Origin: Syntrophorhabdaceae bacterium
GTDB taxonomy: Bacteria; Desulfobacterota; Syntrophorhabdia; Syntrophorhabdales; Syntrophorhabdaceae
Direction: 5' to 3'
Assembly: GCA_963666485.2 (NCBI GenBank)
Contig: CAXXUO010000009.1
Coordinates: forward strand, 416,001-480,000
Length of the DNA stretch: 64,000 nucleotides
Made by a program: the position numbers and the translations under genes. Below, piece by piece: positions 42,106-50,915 of this stretch (positions are counted from its first letter, which is position 1; each line of letters opens with the position of its first letter). The notes beneath the pieces were generated by a model. The model was not told the DNA's origin and did no database searches. It saw only the letters and a list, made by a program, of their open reading frames with translations.

Positions 42106-42654
42106 CTATCCTTGTCCGCAAGCCCTGAGAAGGCTGAACAGTTCCTCCTCGGTCGCGTTTCCCCATTGGACGGCTTCCCTGGGATTTCTGTTGACTGCAT
42201 CGAGCGCCTCTTCTACGGGCAGGCCATACCGATATACGACCCACGCCGCCAGGACATGCCCTGTCCTTCCCAACCCGCCCGAGCAGTGGACAAGGACCGG
42301 CAATTCCTTCTCTTCAGACTCTGCAAGAAACGGAAGGATTTCATCTCTCAGCGCAGAAATCTCTGCAAGATGGAAATCTTTAACCGGAACAGCTAGAACG
42401 TTCAAATCACCGAATTCCTTCGAATACGTTTCGACAAGATTATTTTCATAGTAGGTTTGCAATTCCCGCTCCTGCAAAAGACAGCAAATACGCCTTATCC
42501 CCTTTTCTTTTATAAAAGACAACCAAACGTGTACCGCTGATAAGGACACTTTTCCGGGTCCATAACCCGGTCTTTGAGATCCGAATACAAACCTCTCTTC
42601 CGAACACGCTGGCCCAAACGCAAATTTGTCGTGGCTCACCAACTCCTCCTTCAC
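42106..42654 (-). CDS. Dual-specificity phosphatase family protein
   Basis: VHCSGGLGRTG; GSQRPGY; PVKD. Confidence 0.88.
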   Translation of the reverse strand: MKEELVSHDKFAFGPACSEERFVFGSQRPGYGPGKVSLSAVHVWLSFIKEKGIRRICCLLQERELQTYYENNLVETYSKEFGDLNVLAVPVKDFHLAEISALRDEILPFLAESEEKELPVLVHCSGGLGRTGHVLAAWVVYRYGLPVEEALDAVNRNPREAVQWGNATEEELFSLLRACGQG

Positions 42655-43020
42655 ACTTTTGATACTTTCTTATACCACATAACGGCGACAGCGTTATGGC
42701 ACTTTGCTTCTTAAAAGACTTACTGCAAGATCGATCACATTTTCTTCATCGTGCGGAGAACATTCTACGATATCGTTGGCCGCCATCATCATATTGGTAA
42801 CGGTCTGGATTGCACTACGCAGGCACAATGGGAAGGCCGGGCATTGACTAGTTCGACAGGTGGCACCTCTGTTTTCCCCAATACTGTGTCTTGGCTGTCT
42901 TTGTGCGTCAGATAGAGCACTAGTATAAAACAAGATTTATACGATATCTTCATGATAGGCGAAGTCGAAAGATAGGATTCGGCAATGCGGACAAGCTCGT
43001 ATTGAATACATGGGGGAGTT

Positions 43021-46000
43021 ATGATTGAAGAAATAGTAGCTTTAAAAGATAATCATGTTCCAACTATTTTGTTTTATGATTCGGAGCAACAACATTACAT
43101 AATCGGGCAGGAAGCACGCCAATTTGGACTGCAGGGCAAGACTAATGCATTCAATTTCAAGGTTGATCTCGGTGCTAATGATAAGACGTTTTCTCTAGAC
43201 AAGAAGTACTGGATCGTTCCTAAGCATGGATACCTTGAGTCAAAAAAGACGTCCGTTACAATAGATGCACGAAGCCTTACAGCAAAGGAGGTAACCGTAT
43301 TCTTTCTGAAAGAATTTCTCAAAGATCTACAAATGCCCAAGGAGATCATAATTGGTGAACCGGCTGAAAGAGATACCGTGTGGCGAGAAAACTTCAGACG
43401 ACATATGCGAGATGTTTTCGAGGAGCTCTATCACATAACCCCCCAGTTTTTTCCTGAACCTTTTGCGGTGTTTCAGTATTATAGACATTACGAAAGCACG
43501 TTCAGAACCGAGAGTGTGTCTGAGACTGTCCTAATAATTGACGTCGGAGGAGGTACGTTTAACAGTTGCATTATTAGCACTACAGAAGAAGGTTATCTGT
43601 CAAGGGGCGGGGCCAAATCAGTGCCTCAAGGATTTCAGGCGGAATTCTGCGGCGGTACCCAAATAGACAAGAAATTGCTCGAGACAGTAATAGCAAAAGC
43701 AAAACGACAGGGCATAAAATGGAAGGACGATCCAATTGCTCGAGCCGAAAAATCGCAGATCCCAGTGTTATTGACCATAGAGGATGTCAAAATAAAACTG
43801 TCAGATAGAATTGGCCCGTCAGGAAAGCTCTCAGACGATTTTTCTAACATAAAGGAAGTTGTCTGTTTAGAGCAGGGTACTTTGCATCCCGATTCAGATA
43901 TCCGAGTGGAAATCAGTGGAGAGGATCTGAAGCTAGTCATAAGATATATGTGGCGCCATCACTGGGCTAACATTATTACGAAAACCGTCACAGAGGCTAA
44001 GAAAAAAATACAATTTGATAATCTTGATAAAATTCTTGTTGCTGGCGGTTCATCTAGGCTGCCATTCTCGAAAGAAGAAATACACCTTGTTATGAGATCT
44101 CTTGTCGATTTCCAGGACATACACTTTAGTTCCGATACAGGAAAAGCGGTCGCATTTGGAATAGCATGTGAGTGTATGGAACAGATCAAAAGGAACCCTC
44201 AGCTCTCAGTCGGAAAAATAGCTCCATGCATTCTCAACGACCTATATCTAGGATTTCGAAAGACAAGGAGAGATCCGGTGATAATTCCCAAGAAGATTCA
44301 TGGACCAGATGGATCGATCTCTAAGGAAGGTCAACTTCTTTCGGCTCCCTTTGAGACTGAGGAACTATCTCTTAGATACAAAGTTGATTTGCCGTTTGAC
44401 TGTGAAGGACGGCTCTTCTATTGTTTTAGCGACGTACCCTTCGAAGACGGGCCTGATAGAACGTATCTGAATCTCAACCAGGACGTTTTGTCGGTGACAA
44501 ATAGAGGGAGCAAATACCGAAGAAAATGCGAGCTTCAAATTGATTTTAAAACGAATGGCACAATTAAACCCATTTTTTATTTTACAAGGGAAGGTAAAGA
44601 TGCGGGAGAGGAAATAGTACCATGTGGCGAGTTCTATATGGAAAATCTTCGCATACAGGAAGGTGAGAGTTTCCTTGGAATCGATTTCGGATCTTCAAAT
44701 TCATATTTGGCTAAATTACTTAGGGCTGAAGAGAAGGTTCAATCATTTGAATTCCCGGATTATAAAATAAAATCCGAAGTGATGGACCTGCTCAGGAAAC
44801 TTGAAGGAGAAATTGATGAACTGCGCACAGGAAAGGCCCTTAGCAAGCAAGCCATGATGGAGTACGCAAAGGACCAAATACTGCTGTTAGTCTTTCATTC
44901 AAATAAGATCGAGGGTAGTCCCTTGACCAAAGGGGAAACCGAAACGGCATTTGGAAAACAGGAGTCTGTTGAGATTACGAAACAAGAGCTTGAAGCAAGA
45001 AATCTCCGAAATGCGTATGGTTGGATGATTGATAATGCTGATTATGTTTACACCGACCCAGAAGGATTTATCAGACAGGTCAATAGCATGATTCTCGATG
45101 GTATCATTCATGGGGGAGGTGCATACCGAAAGAAAAGTGTGAGTTTGGCTGGAATGGATTACACGCCACCTCCGAGTATATCGATTCCTTCCTATATGGA
45201 GAGACTAAGGGAGGACCTGGTCACCGGACCAACGGGACGTTCTTTGTTGGAGTTCGCCATCACAATGCATACAAAACTTGTTGCAATACATCCCTTTATT
45301 GACGCAAACGGCCGAACGGCGCGGCTGTTGATGAACGCTATCCTATTGGCTGGCGGGCTTCCTGTCGTCATAATAAATTTTGACGACAAACAGAGATACT
45401 TAGACGCCCTGTCCGAATCTAACCATGGCGATATTTCAGCATTAGTAGTCTTTGTGTCGGAATGCTTTCGTGCCCAACTGGATGAGCTTAGAACACAGCC
45501 AGTGATGACTGAAGAAATAATCCCGACAACGACTTTGCCGGAAGGTGCTGATCCCATTGCAGAGGCACTCAAAGAGATAGGGGTGGAATTTGTAGATGAC
45601 CCACTTCAACTAATAATGAATCAGAGGCTTAAGGAATTAGCTGAAATGAAAGAGGCTCAATATGGTTCCTGGAAACAGGCATTTTCAACCTTGCTATCGG
45701 AAATGAGATCCATATGTGAGGGGTTTAACTGTAATTCGAAGTTTAGAAATGAAGGATTCCGCATTGATCTTATGGAATATGATATGCTCTCTTCGGACAA
45801 GTATTTGGATATTTTAGCCAACAAAAAAGTATCAAGAACTTGGTTTTTTGGTTTAGCAGTTCTTGGTCCTTCATCCTATGTCAAGGCGTTATTCTTTTTC
45901 GAACACCTCCCCGTACACTTTGGGGATATGCCCGAGATAAACAAGGTGATGTTGACATTGGTTCGTTTCAATGGTGCAACCTACGATAGACTAACATCAG

Positions 46001-46146
46001 AACCCATAACTTTGAGAGGAGTTGCATATAGCAACGGTCAACTCGTTTTTCTGGGACGCAATAGCATAATAGAAAAGGATACTCCAAGGCATGCGCTTAC
46101 TGTCTTATTGGCCGATTTGATTACCGCCTATGTTACGGTTAAGTAA
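43021..46146 (+). CDS. Hsp70-like ATPase (apparently circularly permuted) fused to a Fic domain
   Basis: PEPFA, IDVGGGTFN, GGTQID, EDVKIKLS, AGGSSRLP, AVAFG; internal LGIDFGSSNS at about aa 552; SNKIEG; HPFIDANGRTAR. Confidence 0.88.
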   Translation: MIEEIVALKDNHVPTILFYDSEQQHYIIGQEARQFGLQGKTNAFNFKVDLGANDKTFSLDKKYWIVPKHGYLESKKTSVTIDARSLTAKEVTVFFLKEFLKDLQMPKEIIIGEPAERDTVWRENFRRHMRDVFEELYHITPQFFPEPFAVFQYYRHYESTFRTESVSETVLIIDVGGGTFNSCIISTTEEGYLSRGGAKSVPQGFQAEFCGGTQIDKKLLETVIAKAKRQGIKWKDDPIARAEKSQIPVLLTIEDVKIKLSDRIGPSGKLSDDFSNIKEVVCLEQGTLHPDSDIRVEISGEDLKLVIRYMWRHHWANIITKTVTEAKKKIQFDNLDKILVAGGSSRLPFSKEEIHLVMRSLVDFQDIHFSSDTGKAVAFGIACECMEQIKRNPQLSVGKIAPCILNDLYLGFRKTRRDPVIIPKKIHGPDGSISKEGQLLSAPFETEELSLRYKVDLPFDCEGRLFYCFSDVPFEDGPDRTYLNLNQDVLSVTNRGSKYRRKCELQIDFKTNGTIKPIFYFTREGKDAGEEIVPCGEFYMENLRIQEGESFLGIDFGSSNSYLAKLLRAEEKVQSFEFPDYKIKSEVMDLLRKLEGEIDELRTGKALSKQAMMEYAKDQILLLVFHSNKIEGSPLTKGETETAFGKQESVEITKQELEARNLRNAYGWMIDNADYVYTDPEGFIRQVNSMILDGIIHGGGAYRKKSVSLAGMDYTPPPSISIPSYMERLREDLVTGPTGRSLLEFAITMHTKLVAIHPFIDANGRTARLLMNAILLAGGLPVVIINFDDKQRYLDALSESNHGDISALVVFVSECFRAQLDELRTQPVMTEEIIPTTTLPEGADPIAEALKEIGVEFVDDPLQLIMNQRLKELAEMKEAQYGSWKQAFSTLLSEMRSICEGFNCNSKFRNEGFRIDLMEYDMLSSDKYLDILANKKVSRTWFFGLAVLGPSSYVKALFFFEHLPVHFGDMPEINKVMLTLVRFNGATYDRLTSEPITLRGVAYSNGQLVFLGRNSIIEKDTPRHALTVLLADLITAYVTVK

Positions 46147-47133
46147 GTTTTTCCTAGCTAGTCAAGGGGCCAAGGGGACGTTGATGAATACTACATAAGA
46201 ATTACTTCATCTTTAAAATCGCCTCGGTGGGTCATTTTTCGGTGATTACTTGCCCTTTAGATGACTAAGTTGTTAGGTTATCGCAACCAGTTGTCGTACG
46301 GAGAGAGAGGATTGCCGTTGGAAAAAGGTTATGTCTTCTGAGTTCTTTAGTTATTTACGGTCGTCCCTCTAGTTTCCTCATTTTTTTGCCAGATATCTTT
46401 ATGCGACTGGAGAACTAGCGAATAACGATTTGCCTGTCAATCAAAAGTCTTCCCAAATCGGCTTCGGAGAGCCAACCTAAACACATTCTGCATTTCTGAA
46501 AAACTGGCTCTGGCCAACTTGTCTCCGGAAAGCAGCCATCTGTTTTTTTGATCCGGATGTTTTATCAGCAGGCCGCGAATGTTTGTGGGAATATCATTTG
46601 CGTCCAGGTAGAGATCAAGATGAATGGCTTTCTTGTCGCGTGGCGATAGGAGTCAGTGGTGAACGCGACGTTTTCCTCTTCCCGTAAATACGTTATTAAG
46701 AAATCACCTTGTTTTTCATTGTTTTTTCCGACCCAATCTATAAGCTTCAGTACGTTATCGCGGGACTGCGCATTGATTGCCTGAGTCTTCCTTTCCAAGT
46801 GATCGTAAACATCGCTAAGTGATATAACATTGGACATATCTTCCCCCTTGATTTTCAAATTGTGTCGTCAATCCGTGATGCACGGTTGCATCCCCCCTTG
46901 CTCAAAAAATAATCAAGTCCGTAAAGGAGTTAGAGTCTGGCAGGACCTCTTTTTCTCGTTAAGTTTTGCTACCATCATTGCTAATCTCAGTGCAATTAAC
47001 AAAGGATCTTCAATAGCTGTATCCAATCAAAAGAACGGCTGAAGCGGGCAATGACGCCCCAGCATTCAACGTTAGGCAGCACGACATCTCTGCCTGTTAT
47101 ATTTGTGTTTGCTATCTCGTCCATTCACATCTA

Positions 47134-48849
47134 CTAATTATCGCTTGCATTGTCTTTGAAATTGTTAACCTCAAAAAACTTTTTTATTTCTGTCGGACAA
47201 CTACTTACCTGCCATTGATAAGGGAATCTGAAAGTTGCGAATGATACTGATTCCTCCATAATCTTCTCAATACATGATGTTTCGCGTGCGTTGGTTATCT
47301 TGCAATGCTCATAAATCATGAAAGGATCGAGTTGTAAAAATAATTCGCTTCCCGGAGCTTTGAGATATAGTCGTCCTTTTCTTAAACGAGAACGCCATTC
47401 AACAATTTCCCCCCGTGGTACAAAAAATTCTCCCATTAGCCAGCGAACTTGGTATATGTTAGTAGATAAATCCTTTTCGCTGAAATCGATCAGATCTTCT
47501 AAGAAAAAAAGCTCATAATCGAAGAGAGGCTTCGCGTCACTGATAGCACTTTTCCACATTGGTTCAACTTTTTCAAGCCACTTTTTACAGGTGGTCTCGT
47601 CGACAATAAAGGAATCATGTATCTTATTACGCATCTCAAGAAGACCTCTCAAAAGTCCACCGAGATGCGACTTGTTGTTATTCTTGATAAACAAGCCAGG
47701 ATATTCTTTTATCACGGTTGCCTCTGGACCATTGGAAAAAGCTTGGGAGATTTCCTCAATTATTTTGAGCCATGCACCATCAGTTAGTGGTTTCTTGAAA
47801 ATATCTATTATTTTCGCATTAAGTTCTTTTGAAAAAGCTCCGGCTGCATAATATTCGGCGATACCGAGGATGGCCAAATAACGCAAAAAGATGGAAAATG
47901 CTTTCCTCATGTTTTCCGCTCTAAGTGCTCGTCCATGCTCTGCTTCGGCCATACTTACAGCAAATGCTATTGGCAATGGTAGATGAACTGTAGCTGATTC
48001 GCTTGAATGCACTCGACTTCTCTCTTCTCTAAGTATTCTTACCTGCTCTCGTAAATTGAAAATGTCTTCTTCAAGAGTTTTCAGGGTGATCGCAGGAATT
48101 GTAACGTAATCTCCTGGAGACCCTTCATCTGTCGCGTAGCTATGTTTTCGTACAAGACTCGGTCTCACAAAGAAGAAATTGTATTTACTGTCAGATTGTT
48201 TATGAAGGCTACGACCAAGAGTCGAAGACCATGCTTCTGCTGTGGTGATATCACTCGAAGGCAGCGCGTTCTTCGCAGGCTCAATTAATTTATACCGCAC
48301 CGCATTAGCAAGACGGTCGAAGGTGTCTTTATCTTTATGGACGACTATCCGAACCTCTCTGAGAGTTGAATTCTTATCCAGATTATTTTCCAGGCTGTTC
48401 AGGATGGCTTCGGCGATAATCATCTTGGGGTAACCCAGTGAGCCAGTAGCAAAAATTGGCATAGCTAGGGACTCGACTCCGAGTTCATTAGCCTTTTTGA
48501 TTATTTTCTCAATCCCCTTAGCTATGACATAAAGCCGAACCACCATATCATCCTGAGAAATGGCCCTCTCCTCTTCTTGCGTTCCGTGCGTAGCAAGATG
48601 AAAAATATATTTGCAGGGAAGGCCATACCCTTTGGTTATAGCAATGCCACCTATATCAACAGGTACTTTGCTACCGTTGAGTTCATCTTGTATTTTTCCA
48701 TGTGTTTTGATTAAGATTGTACCGGCAACAGATCTTCGCCCACCGAGCGACATCCAAGTGTTTGCGGAGTTTACCATTACATCTACTTTCTGGGTTGTAA
48801 TGTCCCCATCGACGACAACGATGTTTGTTTTGTCAATGGCTGCCTGCAT
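47134..48849 (-). CDS. Macro-domain protein with a coiled-coil and an uncharacterised C-terminal domain
   Basis: VVDGDITTQKVDVMVNSAN, GG...VAGTI, TKGYGLPCKYIFH, SLAMPIFATGSLGYP. Confidence 0.85.
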   Translation of the reverse strand: MQAAIDKTNIVVVDGDITTQKVDVMVNSANTWMSLGGRRSVAGTILIKTHGKIQDELNGSKVPVDIGGIAITKGYGLPCKYIFHLATHGTQEEERAISQDDMVVRLYVIAKGIEKIIKKANELGVESLAMPIFATGSLGYPKMIIAEAILNSLENNLDKNSTLREVRIVVHKDKDTFDRLANAVRYKLIEPAKNALPSSDITTAEAWSSTLGRSLHKQSDSKYNFFFVRPSLVRKHSYATDEGSPGDYVTIPAITLKTLEEDIFNLREQVRILREERSRVHSSESATVHLPLPIAFAVSMAEAEHGRALRAENMRKAFSIFLRYLAILGIAEYYAAGAFSKELNAKIIDIFKKPLTDGAWLKIIEEISQAFSNGPEATVIKEYPGLFIKNNNKSHLGGLLRGLLEMRNKIHDSFIVDETTCKKWLEKVEPMWKSAISDAKPLFDYELFFLEDLIDFSEKDLSTNIYQVRWLMGEFFVPRGEIVEWRSRLRKGRLYLKAPGSELFLQLDPFMIYEHCKITNARETSCIEKIMEESVSFATFRFPYQWQVSSCPTEIKKFFEVNNFKDNASDN

Positions 48850-48891
48850 CTGTCCCTCCTGCTTCTTGTTCCTATCGCTTCACATGTCGTA

Positions 48892-48955
48892 CAATAACGT
48901 CGAGGTCACTGCGAAGCCGGATCTATCGGCAATCCGGTAGAGCTCCTCGTTGGTC
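48892..48955 (-). other. Degenerate attC-like site (64 bp)
   Basis: GACCAAC-N5-GCTCTACC...AGTGACC-N5-GTTATTG directly after a stop codon; the inverse core matches the upstream GTTGGGC at 6/7. Confidence 0.5.
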
Positions 48956-49638
48956 TATTTCTTAAAGAATCTTTCAATCACCGCCGGATCACAGCCCTGC
49001 GTTATGGTAATCCAGAAATACTCGTCTATCACTTTGGGATAGGCTTTATGCTTCTTCTGCAGAATCCTAGGCAAGTCGTCCCACTCTGTCCCAGAATTTA
49101 GCAATTCAGCTCTGACTTCTTTCAATTCTTCCTGAATTCTTAAGAGATAGTCTACATAGCCAGAGCCATTGCCTTCCAGACCTAGCGTCTTGTAAATAGG
49201 GGTATCCCAAGGAGAAAAGATATTTGGCCGAAGAGCAAATAGCGTTTTCGCAGTTCCCACTGGACCAATGCGGACGTTGATGCCCTGACCATCACGTTCT
49301 TTTTTTGCCGCTCGTTGACGCGATAGAACATCAAAAAGGCTAACAATTGTTCTTTTGTTTGTCGACAAATCATAGTCTATCAAGCAGTCGTCTGGGAGTG
49401 GGAGTTGCGATTGATGAATTTCGTACCACGTCATGAAGCCGTTGATCGATATTTGCTCATCAGTCTTCTTAAACTGACGGCAACCCCAGGAACGAAGCCA
49501 TTCAATTAGTGCAATGACTTGATCCTTGCTCTCCAATTGGAGATTTGGATATTTTGTCGATAAGGACAGATACGTCGCATCATAATCAGAAAACTGATTA
49601 TATAAATAGCATGCCGTTCGCAAGTGTGCCAATTTCAT
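48955..49638 (-). CDS. Hypothetical protein, possibly alpha-helical (HhH-GPD-like) DNA glycosylase fold
   Basis: WLRSWG, IGPVGTAKTLFALRP...PWDTPI, KVIDEYFW. Confidence 0.6.
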   Translation of the reverse strand: MKLAHLRTACYLYNQFSDYDATYLSLSTKYPNLQLESKDQVIALIEWLRSWGCRQFKKTDEQISINGFMTWYEIHQSQLPLPDDCLIDYDLSTNKRTIVSLFDVLSRQRAAKKERDGQGINVRIGPVGTAKTLFALRPNIFSPWDTPIYKTLGLEGNGSGYVDYLLRIQEELKEVRAELLNSGTEWDDLPRILQKKHKAYPKVIDEYFWITITQGCDPAVIERFFKK

Positions 49639-49817
49639 CTTATTCTATGCCCAACCTCATAATCGCGCGCGCGGCGCACAGAGAGTGAAATCCGGAGAAA
49701 CCCTCCCTGATTCCGCTTGACATTTCCCCTCATCGGGTGCCACGTCGGGTCATCTTTCTTGAACACCAATTCGAAATAAGCACCCTTTTCCCTCATGTGC
49801 TGCGCTTTTCATCTCGT

Positions 49818-50885
49818 TTAGTTTTTTTGAAAAGACTCGGTCACGTCAATTACGCCCGTGCTTGGTGGAGCATCATCAAGATAGACGGTCCAACTCAGAA
49901 TCACTCCCTGTTTCTCTAGGGGTGTTCCTGCGGGAACATGAATGATCAAGCTTTCATCCGGGAAAATAACCCGATCTTCAGGAAAGATTTTTATTTCGGC
50001 CGAACGATATTCATTCATGGGTAGTGTAGTACTTTGTGAACCAGTAGCAAATCGAAATCCGAATTTTGTATCGGACGGTACTTCCGAAAGGAAAGTGGTG
50101 CCGCGTAATTTTACCTTAAAGAGTTCCGAGCTCATCGAAAAAGCCAGGCACAGTACCAAGTCACGAATTGTCACTTCACCGGTATTGACAAGAGAAAGTT
50201 GAAAAGAAAATTGATCATAGTCTCGCTTTGGGGCCACAAGATCTTTATGCTCTGGTACTCCACGACCGTATAAAACAACTTCTCCTTCCTTCCTGCGACG
50301 TTCAATTTCCGCCAGTTTGGCTTGTCGGGTTGCCCATTCCTGCTCGGCAGTCAGGATACGGCAATTGGAAATCTCGACACGGATCTGCGGAACGCGACCA
50401 CGAGACATAAGGAGGCGAATGACATTGTCGGGCAGGGGCTTTGACTCAAACTCCGATCGTCCGTAGTATCGATATGAGTGCCTTGCCTGATAGGCAGTAC
50501 TGCCCTTAGGGACTGTCACGATATATGCAACTCGTCCCTCCTTATCGCCGGACAGAAGGATGGGTCGGACTCTCAGACCGGGAATAGGGGGGCTGATGTT
50601 AGATGTGATGATTTGTTCAAGTGTTTCTGGCGGCATTACTAAGGGATCACAGCCTTCATCAATCTCTTTTGCAACGCTTTTCCTCCCGTGCCTACCCTCA
50701 CGTAGACCTATAACAATAACTCCTCCCTCCGTGTTCGCAAATGCAGAAACATCCTCGGTAAGCTGTTTTTCTATTCGCTCTTTGGGTTGGTCGAGAAGGG
50801 CAGACGCCTTGAAATCCAATCGTATGGACTCATACTGTCCGATGAGTTGTTTCAGGTCTTCTTCTGTCTCTATGCTTTTTTCCAT
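49818..50885 (-). CDS. AlbA_2/Schlafen-like domain protein with an unknown C-terminal domain
   Basis: ESIRLDFKAS, DVSAFANTEGGVIVIGLRE, ISPPI, YYGR. Confidence 0.85.
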   Translation of the reverse strand: MEKSIETEEDLKQLIGQYESIRLDFKASALLDQPKERIEKQLTEDVSAFANTEGGVIVIGLREGRHGRKSVAKEIDEGCDPLVMPPETLEQIITSNISPPIPGLRVRPILLSGDKEGRVAYIVTVPKGSTAYQARHSYRYYGRSEFESKPLPDNVIRLLMSRGRVPQIRVEISNCRILTAEQEWATRQAKLAEIERRRKEGEVVLYGRGVPEHKDLVAPKRDYDQFSFQLSLVNTGEVTIRDLVLCLAFSMSSELFKVKLRGTTFLSEVPSDTKFGFRFATGSQSTTLPMNEYRSAEIKIFPEDRVIFPDESLIIHVPAGTPLEKQGVILSWTVYLDDAPPSTGVIDVTESFQKN

Positions 50886-50915
50886 TGGCCCCCTCCTAGA
50901 AGTGCAACGCGTTGT

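Noticed and set aside
46170..46372. Weak inverted repeat (GGGGACG...CGTCCC) suggesting a MITE or REP
   Set aside because: Too degenerate, with no transposase nearby.
46565..46858. 97-aa ORF, and the similar 79-aa ORF at 42694..42933
   Set aside because: No recognisable motifs; may be remnants but cannot be supported.
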